Virus record (IMG/VR): IMGVR_UViG_2645727811_000003
Span: 64,001 to 119,346 of that record
Reading direction: 5' to 3' (one strand)
DNA from: a virus
Lineage: Duplodnaviria > Heunggongvirae > Uroviricota > Caudoviricetes
Length of the DNA: 55,346 nucleotides
Shown: in pieces, positions 1-9,504 of the stretch
How positions within the stretch are numbered: the stretch's first letter is position 1
Layout: each line of letters begins with the position of its first letter
Notes under the pieces: generated by a model
Databases searched by the model: none
What the model was told of the DNA's origin: nothing
The model's input: the letters and a program-made list of their open reading frames with translations, nothing else
Position numbers and translations under genes: made by a program

Positions 1-309
1 CAAGTACGTGTTTATACTGATGCCTTGAACTATTCATCTAGAGCTAAGACAGTTGATGTGAAAGCCGAACAGAACGGTAAATGCGGGACTATTTATTATG
101 AAATGTTTTTGTCTTGGAAAGGAAATTGGTCAATAGGAATGGGTGAAAACCTGCCAACAGGTTCGTTTACTTCCGTTACTCCTTTGAAATCTATAACTAT
201 CATACATCCGGAAGAAAAAACTGATGCTATTGTATATGTAGGCTTGAAAAAATCATCAAACGGAGATAATTTATATGAAGCTAGGTCGCAATGGTTAACT
301 ATAGAATAA
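1..309 (+). CDS. 3' part of a hypothetical protein (starts before the window)
   Basis: Frame 1 is open from base 1 (QVRVYTDALNYSSR...) to TAA at 307-309; a terminator follows. Confidence 0.7.
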   Translation, partial: QVRVYTDALNYSSRAKTVDVKAEQNGKCGTIYYEMFLSWKGNWSIGMGENLPTGSFTSVTPLKSITIIHPEEKTDAIVYVGLKKSSNGDNLYEARSQWLTIE

Positions 310-311
310 AT

Positions 312-345
312 AAAGAGGATCAGCTTAAGGGCTGATCCTCTTTTT
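312..345 (+). terminator. Rho-independent terminator
   Basis: AAAGAGGATCAGC-ttaagg-GCTGATCCTCTTTTT, perfect stem with U tract. Confidence 0.9.
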
Positions 346-1073
346 GTATAAGGATTATAATACATGTGTGTTAAATAAAAATAAGTCTTCGACTCGCCGC
401 CCGCTGTTATTCAAACGATTCTTTATAATAAAAGAGTGTGCTCCCTCATCTGATTACAGTTTCAATTTTTAAAAATTCTGTTGAAATGGTTGACTTTTTA
501 ATATTACGTTGTTCTCACTGTTTTTCTGAATCAAGATTCAATAAATCAAGTTATAACTACCCTTATAACCGTAAATGGATACCATATATTAGGCTATATA
601 GGGGGGGTATATTAACATCCAAAATAACAAAAAAGGGAACGAATATTCCCCTAGCACTTCCATTTCCACACCATGATTATTTTTTTGATTTCTCCTCCCA
701 ATCACCTAATTTCAATCGTAGTTGCTATCGTAAAATCCTTATAAGCTAACATTGTTCAATCTCTCCCCTCCCTCTAAATCATTCCTTATCCTACTCAAAT
801 AATAACTAATCCCTTCTCCCCCAATCATTTAACGATTAACAATGTTTCTTTTTCTCAATTTATTTAAAAAAATCCGCAATATTAACTTTTTTTAAATTTT
901 TGTGTGCTTATACGATAAATGAAAATAAAAAAAGACGATAAACAATTATCGTCTGTCATTCCTCTTCTAAAGCTAAAATCGGTTGGAAAAATAAAAAGTT
1001 TCATTACAAAAATAGAGACCGTCATTTCTGTCCATCTCTATTTATGATCCTGTCCCACATCATTTTCTTTCTA

Positions 1074-2060
1074 TTAAAACTTTCTGTTACGGCTTTTTCG
1101 AATAAAGAAGAAACAAGTTATTAAAGTTAAAAATCCAAAAACAATTCCTCCTGTTTTTAAATTTTTAAACCATCTTATTTTATTAGATTGATCTAAAGCG
1201 TTATTAATATCTAACACTCCATGGCCATATTCATATTTACTTCCAAGAGGTATAGCTGTTTGAGAGAGTATATTTTTAATCTCATCATTTGATAAACTCT
1301 TATTCTGTTCTATCATAAGAGCAACAACACCTGTCGCATATGCTGCAGAGATTGAAGTTCCACTTCTTTTTATATATTTTCCATTCAAAGAGTTACTTAA
1401 TATCTCTTCTCCTGGCGCCAAAAAATCAATGCCATTTCCTCGACTAGTCCTAAACCATCTTTTCTTATTTTTTCCTAGAGCTCCAACACCTAAGACCTCA
1501 TCATACTTAGCTGGGTATGTAACTGTATCATTTACAGAGAATCCATTATTCCCTACAGATGATATCACAACGATCCCTTTTTGGTGTGCTTCTTTTATAG
1601 CTTTATGTAAGCTTTCAGACTTTTTGTCACCTCCTAAACTCATAGAAATGATATCGACATTATTGGCAATTGCCCATTGAATACCTTTAATTAAATCATC
1701 ATAACTCCCTGAAAGTTTTTTGTCTAAAACCTTTACAGCATATATATCTGCCTTTGGAGCAATTGAATTAATAATCCCTGCTATATGTGTCCCATGCCCA
1801 TTTAAATCAACGTAATTATCCGTTTCTTTAAATGATATTCCCCCTTTGATAGTTATTTGGTTCTTTTTTTTACTAATGCCTGAATCAAGTAGAGCAATTG
1901 AGACTCCTTTTCCCTTTAGATTATATTTCTCTCTGATTGTTTTAACTTCTCTGTATTGATTTTTTAAATATTCTTCCTCGGATAATCCATATGTCTCAAA
2001 AATTGGACAAAACAAATAAATAACACAGCAAAATAATAATAGAATTAATACTTTTTTCAT
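1074..2060 (-). CDS. Subtilisin-family (S8) serine protease with signal peptide and C-terminal membrane anchor
   Basis: Catalytic triad motifs LLDSGI, NGHGTHIAG, SGTSISA; hydrophobic N-terminus; C-terminal hydrophobic helix plus basic tail; AGGAG RBS. Confidence 0.93.
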   Translation of the reverse strand: MKKVLILLLFCCVIYLFCPIFETYGLSEEEYLKNQYREVKTIREKYNLKGKGVSIALLDSGISKKKNQITIKGGISFKETDNYVDLNGHGTHIAGIINSIAPKADIYAVKVLDKKLSGSYDDLIKGIQWAIANNVDIISMSLGGDKKSESLHKAIKEAHQKGIVVISSVGNNGFSVNDTVTYPAKYDEVLGVGALGKNKKRWFRTSRGNGIDFLAPGEEILSNSLNGKYIKRSGTSISAAYATGVVALMIEQNKSLSNDEIKNILSQTAIPLGSKYEYGHGVLDINNALDQSNKIRWFKNLKTGGIVFGFLTLITCFFFIRKSRNRKF

Positions 2061-2109
2061 TTATTTCTCCTTTTTTTATGAAATTAAGAATAAAAATCCC
2101 TATTCACTA

Positions 2110-2137
2110 TTGAATAATAACCCAACCATGGTATAAT
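2110..2137 (+). promoter_or_regulatory. SigA-type promoter for the toxin-immunity pair
   Basis: TTGAAT-16 nt-TATAAT with extended TG; AGGAGG RBS before 2171. Confidence 0.6.
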
Positions 2138-2170
2138 AATCTAGAATTTTTTAATATTAGGAGGAGAAAA

Positions 2171-2869
2171 ATGCTTAAAAATTCAAAAAAGTTCATTTTC
2201 TTTTTAACCGCTCTGGTAATGTTCTTTAGTATTATTGGAACATCAGCTGCGCAAGCAATTGAGAGTAACACACCACCAGAAGAAATAACTCAACCTAAAA
2301 ACCTGACAAGTCTATCTGACAGAGAGTTGCTGAACCTTGATATTGATGACTTAATAAAAGATAAAAAATTAGTGTCTTACATAGAAAATGAAAACACTAA
2401 CCCAACGACTGAAGAAGTGAAAAAAGCTGAAAAGCTGATAGAGGATTTGTCAGAATCAGATATACTAATTGATGATGAAACTTTAGCCTATATAGACACT
2501 ATTAATCCAGATATAGACCAAGAGATTCTTGATCAGATGGATCAAGATATTGATGATGAACAATTAACTTATGAAGTTGAGGGACAATTTGCAGGATTAG
2601 CAGCTAGGGTCATACTTTCTCAAGTTAAATCTTTGTTAAAAAAATTTGGAATTAAAGCACTTAAACCTTCATTTCATTTGGTAGTACGCATGGTTCAACG
2701 AAATATTTCTCCTGGTGATGTGCTCGATGCCATTAGAAAAGGAAAAAAATATTATGATCCAAAATATAAATCAACAGTTTATTATTATAAAGGTGTTGCT
2801 GTAGCGAAAAAAGGGAACACTTTAACGACTACTTACCGTTCAAAAAAACCAAAAGCACGTTGGAAATAA
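2171..2869 (+). CDS. Secreted pre-pro-toxin with C-terminal DUF4258/colicin-E5-like RNase domain
   Basis: Signal peptide (…AAQA), acidic pro-region, amphipathic cationic helix, then basic domain HLVVRMVQRNISPGDVLDAIRKG..YYD resembling the DUF4258 pattern. Confidence 0.75.
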   Translation: MLKNSKKFIFFLTALVMFFSIIGTSAAQAIESNTPPEEITQPKNLTSLSDRELLNLDIDDLIKDKKLVSYIENENTNPTTEEVKKAEKLIEDLSESDILIDDETLAYIDTINPDIDQEILDQMDQDIDDEQLTYEVEGQFAGLAARVILSQVKSLLKKFGIKALKPSFHLVVRMVQRNISPGDVLDAIRKGKKYYDPKYKSTVYYYKGVAVAKKGNTLTTTYRSKKPKARWK

Positions 2870-2882
2870 TAAGGAGGTTCCA

Positions 2883-3293
2883 ATGAGATCTTTCATAACT
2901 TTTGATAAAGAAGCTGACTTAGGATATATATATGTTTTACCCCCTTCCAGGAAAATCAAAATTGAGTCTACAGATGAATTAGAGGTCAATGAGGATATCA
3001 TGCTTGATGTTGACGTGGAGGATAGAATTGTTGGAATAGAGTTATTTGGGGATTCTGCACATGCTTTGAAAGAATTGGCGGGCGCAAAAAAGATCTATTC
3101 CAAGTCTTTGAATGAAGATAATGAAAGTGTAGTTTATAGTCTCAGATTATCTGATAAAGAAGTGAATAAAACATTTAACGCTTTTGGCCTTTCTTTTTGT
3201 TTTAGTGATGATAAGTTTGAAGAGTTTGTCGGTTTTGATATTAATGATTTATCAAAGTATGATGAAAAATTATTAGACAAAATGGTAAAGTAA
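2883..3293 (+). CDS. DUF2283-like immunity/antitoxin protein
   Basis: Acidic; FDKEADLGYIY…LDVD..RIVGIELF matches the DUF2283 pattern; AGGAGG RBS directly after the toxin stop. Confidence 0.8.
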   Translation: MRSFITFDKEADLGYIYVLPPSRKIKIESTDELEVNEDIMLDVDVEDRIVGIELFGDSAHALKELAGAKKIYSKSLNEDNESVVYSLRLSDKEVNKTFNAFGLSFCFSDDKFEEFVGFDINDLSKYDEKLLDKMVK

Positions 3294-3308
3294 TAGATTG
3301 TTATTTGT

Positions 3309-3348
3309 AAGGGACTGATGCAGTAACTATTCTCAGTCCCTTATTTTT
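3309..3348 (+). terminator. Rho-independent terminator
   Basis: AAGGGACTGA…TCAGTCCCTT followed by ATTTTT. Confidence 0.75.
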
Positions 3349-3718
3349 GTTGCAATATCTTTGAGCATAAACATTTTGAAGTCGCCCCTTTTCTAACTTA
3401 GAATGTTTTCTAACACTGTCTCATCATTTAGGTTTAAAAAAGACGCTCTGTTCTGACCATCCCCTTTAAATTACTGTATGCATCTTTTCTGTTTCCTAAT
3501 AATGTCAGAACTTTAAGGATACATCTGTTTGTTGTTTAATTAACCACCTTCAAGCATTATTATAACTAACTTCTAACTCTCTGCTTTACCTAAGGAAAAG
3601 CACATAATAGTCCAATTCTTTTCCCTTCTCTTCCCCAAACAGACTTCTGTTTTGAATTGCGAGTTAACAGATCTATTTGATGTAATTGAGTTGGATGAAT
3701 AATTTAACTCAAAATATA

Positions 3719-3747
3719 TAGACAAACACTAATTAAAAGTATATAAT
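3719..3747 (+). promoter_or_regulatory. SigA-type promoter of the RNA polymerase operon
   Basis: TAGACA-17 nt-TATAAT. Confidence 0.7.
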
Positions 3748-3870
3748 AAACACAAATTAACAAGAGGGTGATGAAATGTAAGGGAATTTTCAGAAAGCTA
3801 AAGTCTAAAGAGATTACATAAACAGGAGTGATGTTAATGAAAAATAAACAGACAAACCAGGAGGAGCTTC

Positions 3871-4311
3871 ATGTTACTAAATAATACTCAAGGTTACACC
3901 TTGACAGAAGACGTAAAAGTGAATAATGACGGTGATACATACACTAGTCGAGTAGAAATTAACCGAGATTTGTCTATAGGGGAAGTAGCTTTTGTAGGGA
4001 ATACAAGAAACAAGATTAAAAGATTGAGTGAAAAAGAATTCATGTTTATTAGAAGAGAAGCAATCCTTAATAAAAATGATCGGATTTCAAGCAACCAATT
4101 AAACAAATTAAAAAGAGTCATTGAAAATGAATTTGGTGATGGTGTTTGCTTATCCCCTTCAGAAAAAGTAAAACACATTAAAGCAGTTTTAGAAAGGAAT
4201 CCTTGGATTGAAGACATAACCTTTTCGTCTTGTCCCTGTAATGCAACTGACGAGGATATTCATGCTTTACTGGATGAGCTTTCATTATACATAACTGATA
4301 TTAAAATATAA
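3871..4311 (+). CDS. Hypothetical phage protein
   Basis: 146-aa ORF with GGAGGAG RBS, first long ORF of the RNAP operon. Confidence 0.8.
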   Translation: MLLNNTQGYTLTEDVKVNNDGDTYTSRVEINRDLSIGEVAFVGNTRNKIKRLSEKEFMFIRREAILNKNDRISSNQLNKLKRVIENEFGDGVCLSPSEKVKHIKAVLERNPWIEDITFSSCPCNATDEDIHALLDELSLYITDIKI

Positions 4312-4344
4312 TAATAATTAAAAGCAAAAGAGGAGAATGCTTTA

Positions 4345-7119
4345 TTGGAGAATAAACAGTTTTATACATACAAGTTCAACTCTTCTAGACTTAAAGAGTT
4401 TGGCTATAACATATCATTATCCTTCGAAGAAGCTCAAGAGTACAACGAAGTTATTGCTTTATTTGATAATCAAATTTTAAGATCTATTAGGGACATAAAA
4501 AACAAGGAAGTTGACTACACATACCTTGAATCACTCAACAAAGAGAAGGAAACTTTACAAAGACTAAATCATTCACAGGATATTTCAAAGAAGTTGAAGG
4601 GTATTCAAAATGAAATTAACGAAATTCTGTTTATTCCAGAATACATAACAATTAAAATGGATCATCCTAGTCATTATAAAGATTTACATAAAAATGGACT
4701 CACTTTAAATAACAAAAAGTTTATTCGATTCTCGTCTTCTGCGGGGCAAGCAAGGGTTTCAACTGTTGTATTTATCGAAGAAGAGACATCCAAAAGACTT
4801 AATGAAATCCTGGATAACGGAAGAGATTTAAAGAAAGCCCTAGTACCTTCTAAGTTTAATGCTTATAAGGGATTGGCTGGCAGCGCCACTCAAGTAGTTA
4901 GTGCTCCTCGGTTTTGTTTAGTCCCTGATTATTATAGCGACACTAAAGTAAAAGTAAACTTTGTGACTGAAACAAATTATGAAGATGATGACATCATCGA
5001 AGTTAAAGATATTGTTGAATCATTTAATCGTTTTGATGGCCAAGGCTTGATAAGCTATGAAATGGCGAAAAAATGGGCAGATGAATTAGGCTTAGATTAT
5101 GTACCTGCACAATGGTGTATCAGACAGAACTTCATCAAAGGAATGCTAAACACCTTCCCTATTCATGAGTTTTGCGAAAAAGTAAACAATGGGAATTATA
5201 GAATCAGAACATCTTATAAAGACTCTGACGGGAACCCAAAAATTGTGGATTTGAGGGACATTGATGTTATCCTCACTGAAAGCCAATTTAAACTCTGGGA
5301 CAGCTTTCCCTCCATTGAGGTTTATGAAAATAACTGTGAAAAGAACAATTTGAAATGGGGAGTTTCACTACACAGCCCCAAAAAAGATAAAGACATTTTA
5401 AAAATGAACTATCAATTTTTGCAGACTCTGAATCTAAACCATGAAGACATTGAAAAAGTCTGTGAGAAATTCGTTAACTGGATAACCGGGGTCAATTCAG
5501 GCAACATCTATTACACCATCTTGTTTCTGCTGGGTACTGATGTCACAGACGAAAAAATTACGAATTACATGGAGAAATCTGATAATCATTGGGTTAAGTC
5601 TTTAATAGTTAACCCTGACTTAATCAACGACAAATACATAAAAAAGAAAATTTATGACTTAATGAAAAGGAAAATCCAACGCGGATGCCTTGGGGATATA
5701 ATCTTAGATGGTAACTTCCAGACTCTTGTTAGCGATCCCTATGCAATGATGCAGCACGTTTGTGGGCTAGAGGTAACAGGGCTTTTAGGTAAGCGTGAAT
5801 ACTACTCAAATTATTGGAATCAAAAAGGAATCAAATATGTTGACAGTATGCGCGCTCCCCTCACCTATCGCAGCGAACATTTGATTTTAAATCTAAAGCA
5901 AACTGAAGATATGGATTATTGGTACAGACATAATTACACAGGTATCATTGTGAATATTCACGGCTCTGAGACAATGAATTGGGCTGGTAGTGATTTCGAC
6001 TATGACATTATTGCAACAACTTCGGATAAAACAGTATTAAAGGGGGTTTATAAAAATGAGTTGCCAGTGGCTTACACCCCTCCCACTTCAACCAAAAAGG
6101 TTTTGACTGAGGAAGATTTATTTAATGCAGACCTTTTTTCATTTGGCTCGATTATTGGTTCAATCACTAATAAAAGCACGAGTGGCTACGCTCTTCTTTC
6201 TCAGCTTGATTCTGATTCTGAAGAGTATCTCACCACATTAAATCGAGTAAAAATGTGTACCAAATTGCAAAGTGCTCAAATTGATAAGGCCAAAATTGGA
6301 CGAGAAGTTAAAGGCATCCCTTCTCGCTGGATTAATTATCAAAAGATAAAAAAAGATGACACGGAGAATGTTAAGACGGCTAAGGAATTTTACAATAGAA
6401 TCTTATTGGATAAACACCCATACTTTTTTATTTATTTATACAAAGGAACTAAAAACAAATACAAAAAACATGTCAAAACCTATGATATCACTTGCAAGCA
6501 GAAATTTGGGGCTAGTCTTCAGGAGCTCAAGAAAGTAAAACGAAAGACAAAAGAGCAACATGAATTCCTTAAGCTATTTGAAAGGTTTAACCCTGTGATT
6601 GAGAGCGACTGTGTAATGAACAGACTCTGCAAGTACATTGAATCCGTTGACTTTGGTATTAGAAACATTGTTAACAAGGATGTCGATGATGAAGTTTACC
6701 AGTTTTATATGAATGATACCGTTGAATTTGATGAATCACGTTACAGGAATGTAGCAAAAGTATATCAAAAACATAAAAAAAGCATTAATCAATCTTTTTC
6801 ATTGGGAACAAATAGTAGCGGAGATAAAAATTTATATGATTCAGATCTCTGCAGCAATTTCTCTAATTCCCTAGAGTTATTCAAACAAAGAATCAATGAT
6901 ATTTGCTCCAATATTTACGAGGCAGTTAATTACCTTGTTCGCTTATTTTATGTTGATGAAAAGAGCTCAAATAAAGAGATTCTATGGCATCTCTATGGCA
7001 AATACATATTTGAAAACGTAAAAGCAAAACGTAAAAGCTTCAACATCCCTGTACTTGATCAAGAAGGTGATATTAACTACCTTAATAAACATTACTCATT
7101 AAGAAAGGTGTGTCTATGA
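4345..7119 (+). CDS. yonO: YonO-like single-subunit (double-psi beta-barrel) DNA-dependent RNA polymerase, divergent
   Basis: 924 aa; motifs FSSSAGQ, DGQG, LTESQFKLW, YQFLQTL, RAP and the acidic catalytic loop GSDFDYD; syntenic upstream of HU; TTG start with GAGGAG RBS. Confidence 0.88.
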   Translation: MENKQFYTYKFNSSRLKEFGYNISLSFEEAQEYNEVIALFDNQILRSIRDIKNKEVDYTYLESLNKEKETLQRLNHSQDISKKLKGIQNEINEILFIPEYITIKMDHPSHYKDLHKNGLTLNNKKFIRFSSSAGQARVSTVVFIEEETSKRLNEILDNGRDLKKALVPSKFNAYKGLAGSATQVVSAPRFCLVPDYYSDTKVKVNFVTETNYEDDDIIEVKDIVESFNRFDGQGLISYEMAKKWADELGLDYVPAQWCIRQNFIKGMLNTFPIHEFCEKVNNGNYRIRTSYKDSDGNPKIVDLRDIDVILTESQFKLWDSFPSIEVYENNCEKNNLKWGVSLHSPKKDKDILKMNYQFLQTLNLNHEDIEKVCEKFVNWITGVNSGNIYYTILFLLGTDVTDEKITNYMEKSDNHWVKSLIVNPDLINDKYIKKKIYDLMKRKIQRGCLGDIILDGNFQTLVSDPYAMMQHVCGLEVTGLLGKREYYSNYWNQKGIKYVDSMRAPLTYRSEHLILNLKQTEDMDYWYRHNYTGIIVNIHGSETMNWAGSDFDYDIIATTSDKTVLKGVYKNELPVAYTPPTSTKKVLTEEDLFNADLFSFGSIIGSITNKSTSGYALLSQLDSDSEEYLTTLNRVKMCTKLQSAQIDKAKIGREVKGIPSRWINYQKIKKDDTENVKTAKEFYNRILLDKHPYFFIYLYKGTKNKYKKHVKTYDITCKQKFGASLQELKKVKRKTKEQHEFLKLFERFNPVIESDCVMNRLCKYIESVDFGIRNIVNKDVDDEVYQFYMNDTVEFDESRYRNVAKVYQKHKKSINQSFSLGTNSSGDKNLYDSDLCSNFSNSLELFKQRINDICSNIYEAVNYLVRLFYVDEKSSNKEILWHLYGKYIFENVKAKRKSFNIPVLDQEGDINYLNKHYSLRKVCL

Positions 7120-7916
7120 TAGACAAATTCAAGTTCAAAGAGAAGGAATATGTGGAAGCAATTATTGAAAACGGGTTTATCTCAAAAAACCTCAATTATG
7201 AATTAAAGTTATTGGCTATGTATTATAAAGAATTAGGGCATAAGCCTAAAAAACGAGAAGAACTCCTTTATGATTTCTGTGAAAAAAACATAGAGAATTT
7301 TAGCCGGGTGCTATATTACAAAAAAATTAATTCAGTGCTCAATCATGCAAGAAAAAAAGAAAATATTTTAATCAATATAGATGAAATTGATATAACAGAG
7401 AATGAACTTCGATTTGTTGATCGTTTAGATATCAATCATCAACAAAAAAAGCTCTGCTTTACCCTTCTCGCCTTAGCAAAATTATATTCAACAGTTCACT
7501 ACATAAAACATGGTGAACATACGACAGAGCACTATTATGGTGGAAACAACAAAAGATACAAAGAACTTATAGATGCTTCTCATACTTCGCTAACTGCCAA
7601 CAAGCTGCATCAAAACATTGGAGAGTTGTCCACGAAAGACATAATTGAGATTCGAAATAAAGGATTCATTAAATTAAGTTTTATCTATGATATTGAACCC
7701 GGTGGAGAAACGGCTATTAAAATAAGATCGTTTGACAGTATCGGTCTCTATTACGATCTACACACTGGTCAAAAGAAAGTTAAATCATGCGTTAATTGCC
7801 AAACTCCATTTAGATTTAAAAGTAACAAATCTAAATACTGCCTACCTTGTGCAGCCGCAATAGCAAAAGAAAAAACAAGGACAAGAGTAAGAAAGCATCG
7901 AAATGTAACGCTTTAG
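7116..7916 (+). CDS. Hypothetical protein with C-terminal CxxC…CxxC zinc finger, translationally coupled to the RNAP
   Basis: ATG at 7116 overlaps the RNAP stop (ATGA), AAAGGTG RBS; ends CVNCQTPF…KYCLPC plus a basic helix. Confidence 0.85.
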   Translation: MIDKFKFKEKEYVEAIIENGFISKNLNYELKLLAMYYKELGHKPKKREELLYDFCEKNIENFSRVLYYKKINSVLNHARKKENILINIDEIDITENELRFVDRLDINHQQKKLCFTLLALAKLYSTVHYIKHGEHTTEHYYGGNNKRYKELIDASHTSLTANKLHQNIGELSTKDIIEIRNKGFIKLSFIYDIEPGGETAIKIRSFDSIGLYYDLHTGQKKVKSCVNCQTPFRFKSNKSKYCLPCAAAIAKEKTRTRVRKHRNVTL

Positions 7917-8021
7917 AAAAACGCTAAAACCCTTGGTATATAAGCGTTTTTGAACCATACATAAATTTTTATATTATGGTAGGAAACACAAATTCAAACT
8001 TAAATTTAGGAGGAAATAAGA

Positions 8022-8297
8022 ATGAATAAAAAAGAACTAATTGGCGCAGTTGCAGAGGCTACAGGAAAAACGAAGAAAGATGTGGAATTGGTTGTTGACT
8101 CAACATTTGATGTAATCACATCTGCTCTAAAAGATGGTGAAAAAGTTAAAGTGCACGGTTTTGGCAGTTTCGAAGTGCGAGAGCGTGCTGCACGCAAGGG
8201 GCGTAACATTCAAACGGGTGAAGAAATCACTATTCCAGCGTCTAAAGTAGCAAAGTTCAAGCCTGCAAAAACATTAAAAGATGTTGTAAATAACTAA
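8022..8297 (+). CDS. yonN: HU family DNA-binding protein
   Basis: MNKKELI…[32 protein letters not shown] signature. Confidence 0.96.
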   Translation: MNKKELIGAVAEATGKTKKDVELVVDSTFDVITSALKDGEKVKVHGFGSFEVRERAARKGRNIQTGEEITIPASKVAKFKPAKTLKDVVNN

Positions 8298-8365
8298 TTA
8301 AAAGTAGTGGTTAGGAATGGATGGGTAAGCTCCATCCCCCACTCCTTATTAAAAGGAGTGAAGAA

Positions 8366-9316
8366 ATGCTAATTACAGAACAAGAAATATATGAAAAATT
8401 AAAACCCTACTCTCATGAACCTGTAGTTTTACAATGTGATTATTGCAGAAAAAAATTCACAAGACGCAAGGCAAATCATCTTGGAATCAAACGAAAAAGT
8501 TCTTTAAAAAAAGATGCCTGTAAATCTTGCGTCAAAATTAAAAATGCAGAAGAGTGCCTTGTTGATTGGAAATGTAAAAATACTCAAAGACTGATTAATT
8601 TTATGCTACTTAATAAATCAACTAAATTATCAGGTGTTTATGCACTAAGAAATATCCACGAAAACAAATCATACATAGGGTCTTCTAAAAATATAATAGA
8701 CAGGATTAAATCTCATTTAATTGAGATTGAGAATGAAACGCATCATTGTAAACCTTTGATAGAATGCGGCTCAGAAAACATTGAGGTTATCATACTTGAA
8801 CACGATTTAGATGAAGAATATCTAACTGATAAAGAATACATTTACATTAAATTATTCCACACTGGGAACCCCAAGTTCGGGTACAACAAAATGCAAGCTA
8901 AAAAAAATTCTCCACGAAGAAAAAAATATAAAGATATTGGATACAGACTTAAACGATCCAATCTAACCATTCAAGAAGTTGAATGTATAAAAAAAGCTTT
9001 ATATGAGGGCGTGAGAATCAAGACATTAGCTGAGCAGTTGGGCATTAATTACGCAACCATACATAGCATTAAGAGTTGTTCAACATGGGAAAATGTTTTA
9101 CCTCATCTAAATAAAAAGCTAAAAAATATGAAGTATTTAGGTATTAGTAGAGGAAGTAAAAACTCTTGTAGCAAATTAAATGAACAGCAGGTAAAAGAGA
9201 TAAAACATAAAATTAAAAGTAATGTGCCCATTGTTTCAATAGCTAAACAATATGAAGTTAGCTCCACTCTAATCGGACATATTAAAAGAGGTAAACTTTG
9301 GTCACATGTTTCTTGA
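8366..9316 (+). CDS. Free-standing GIY-YIG homing endonuclease-like protein
   Basis: GVYALRN..ENKSYIGSS…R..H motif; N-terminal Cys cluster; two C-terminal HTH-like repeats; AAGGAG RBS supports ATG 8366 rather than 8321. Confidence 0.85.
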   Translation: MLITEQEIYEKLKPYSHEPVVLQCDYCRKKFTRRKANHLGIKRKSSLKKDACKSCVKIKNAEECLVDWKCKNTQRLINFMLLNKSTKLSGVYALRNIHENKSYIGSSKNIIDRIKSHLIEIENETHHCKPLIECGSENIEVIILEHDLDEEYLTDKEYIYIKLFHTGNPKFGYNKMQAKKNSPRRKKYKDIGYRLKRSNLTIQEVECIKKALYEGVRIKTLAEQLGINYATIHSIKSCSTWENVLPHLNKKLKNMKYLGISRGSKNSCSKLNEQQVKEIKHKIKSNVPIVSIAKQYEVSSTLIGHIKRGKLWSHVS

Positions 9317-9504
9317 AAACAATAATTAAAAGGAGTTTGTTCATTTTCTTCAGTTTAGTTATGATGAACTGGAAAAGGTGATTTGGAAAATTGCACAGAA
9401 GCGCAACATTGCGATCACCAAGGAACAAATTGAACTTTTCTTCGATTCCGAGGAAGAGTATATGAGGAGTATTGGGTTAATTCTATCAGAGTAAGTTCCC
9501 CTCT

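Noticed and set aside
438-860. ORF 438-749, and possible type I toxin or mini-ORFs in this pyrimidine-rich spacer
   Set aside because: No RBS-start combination giving a convincing hydrophobic peptide on either strand.
3355-3370. Inverted partial match (TTATGCTCAAAGATA) to the 33839/34438/35542 repeat, beside the first toxin cassette
   Set aside because: Only 10 contiguous bases match and the TTCCC half is missing; plausible by chance in AT-rich DNA.
9339-9494. Protein-like frame (…FSYDELEKVIWKIAQKRN…LSE) after an AGGAG
   Set aside because: No canonical start codon at RBS distance; possibly a decayed small gene, but not supportable.
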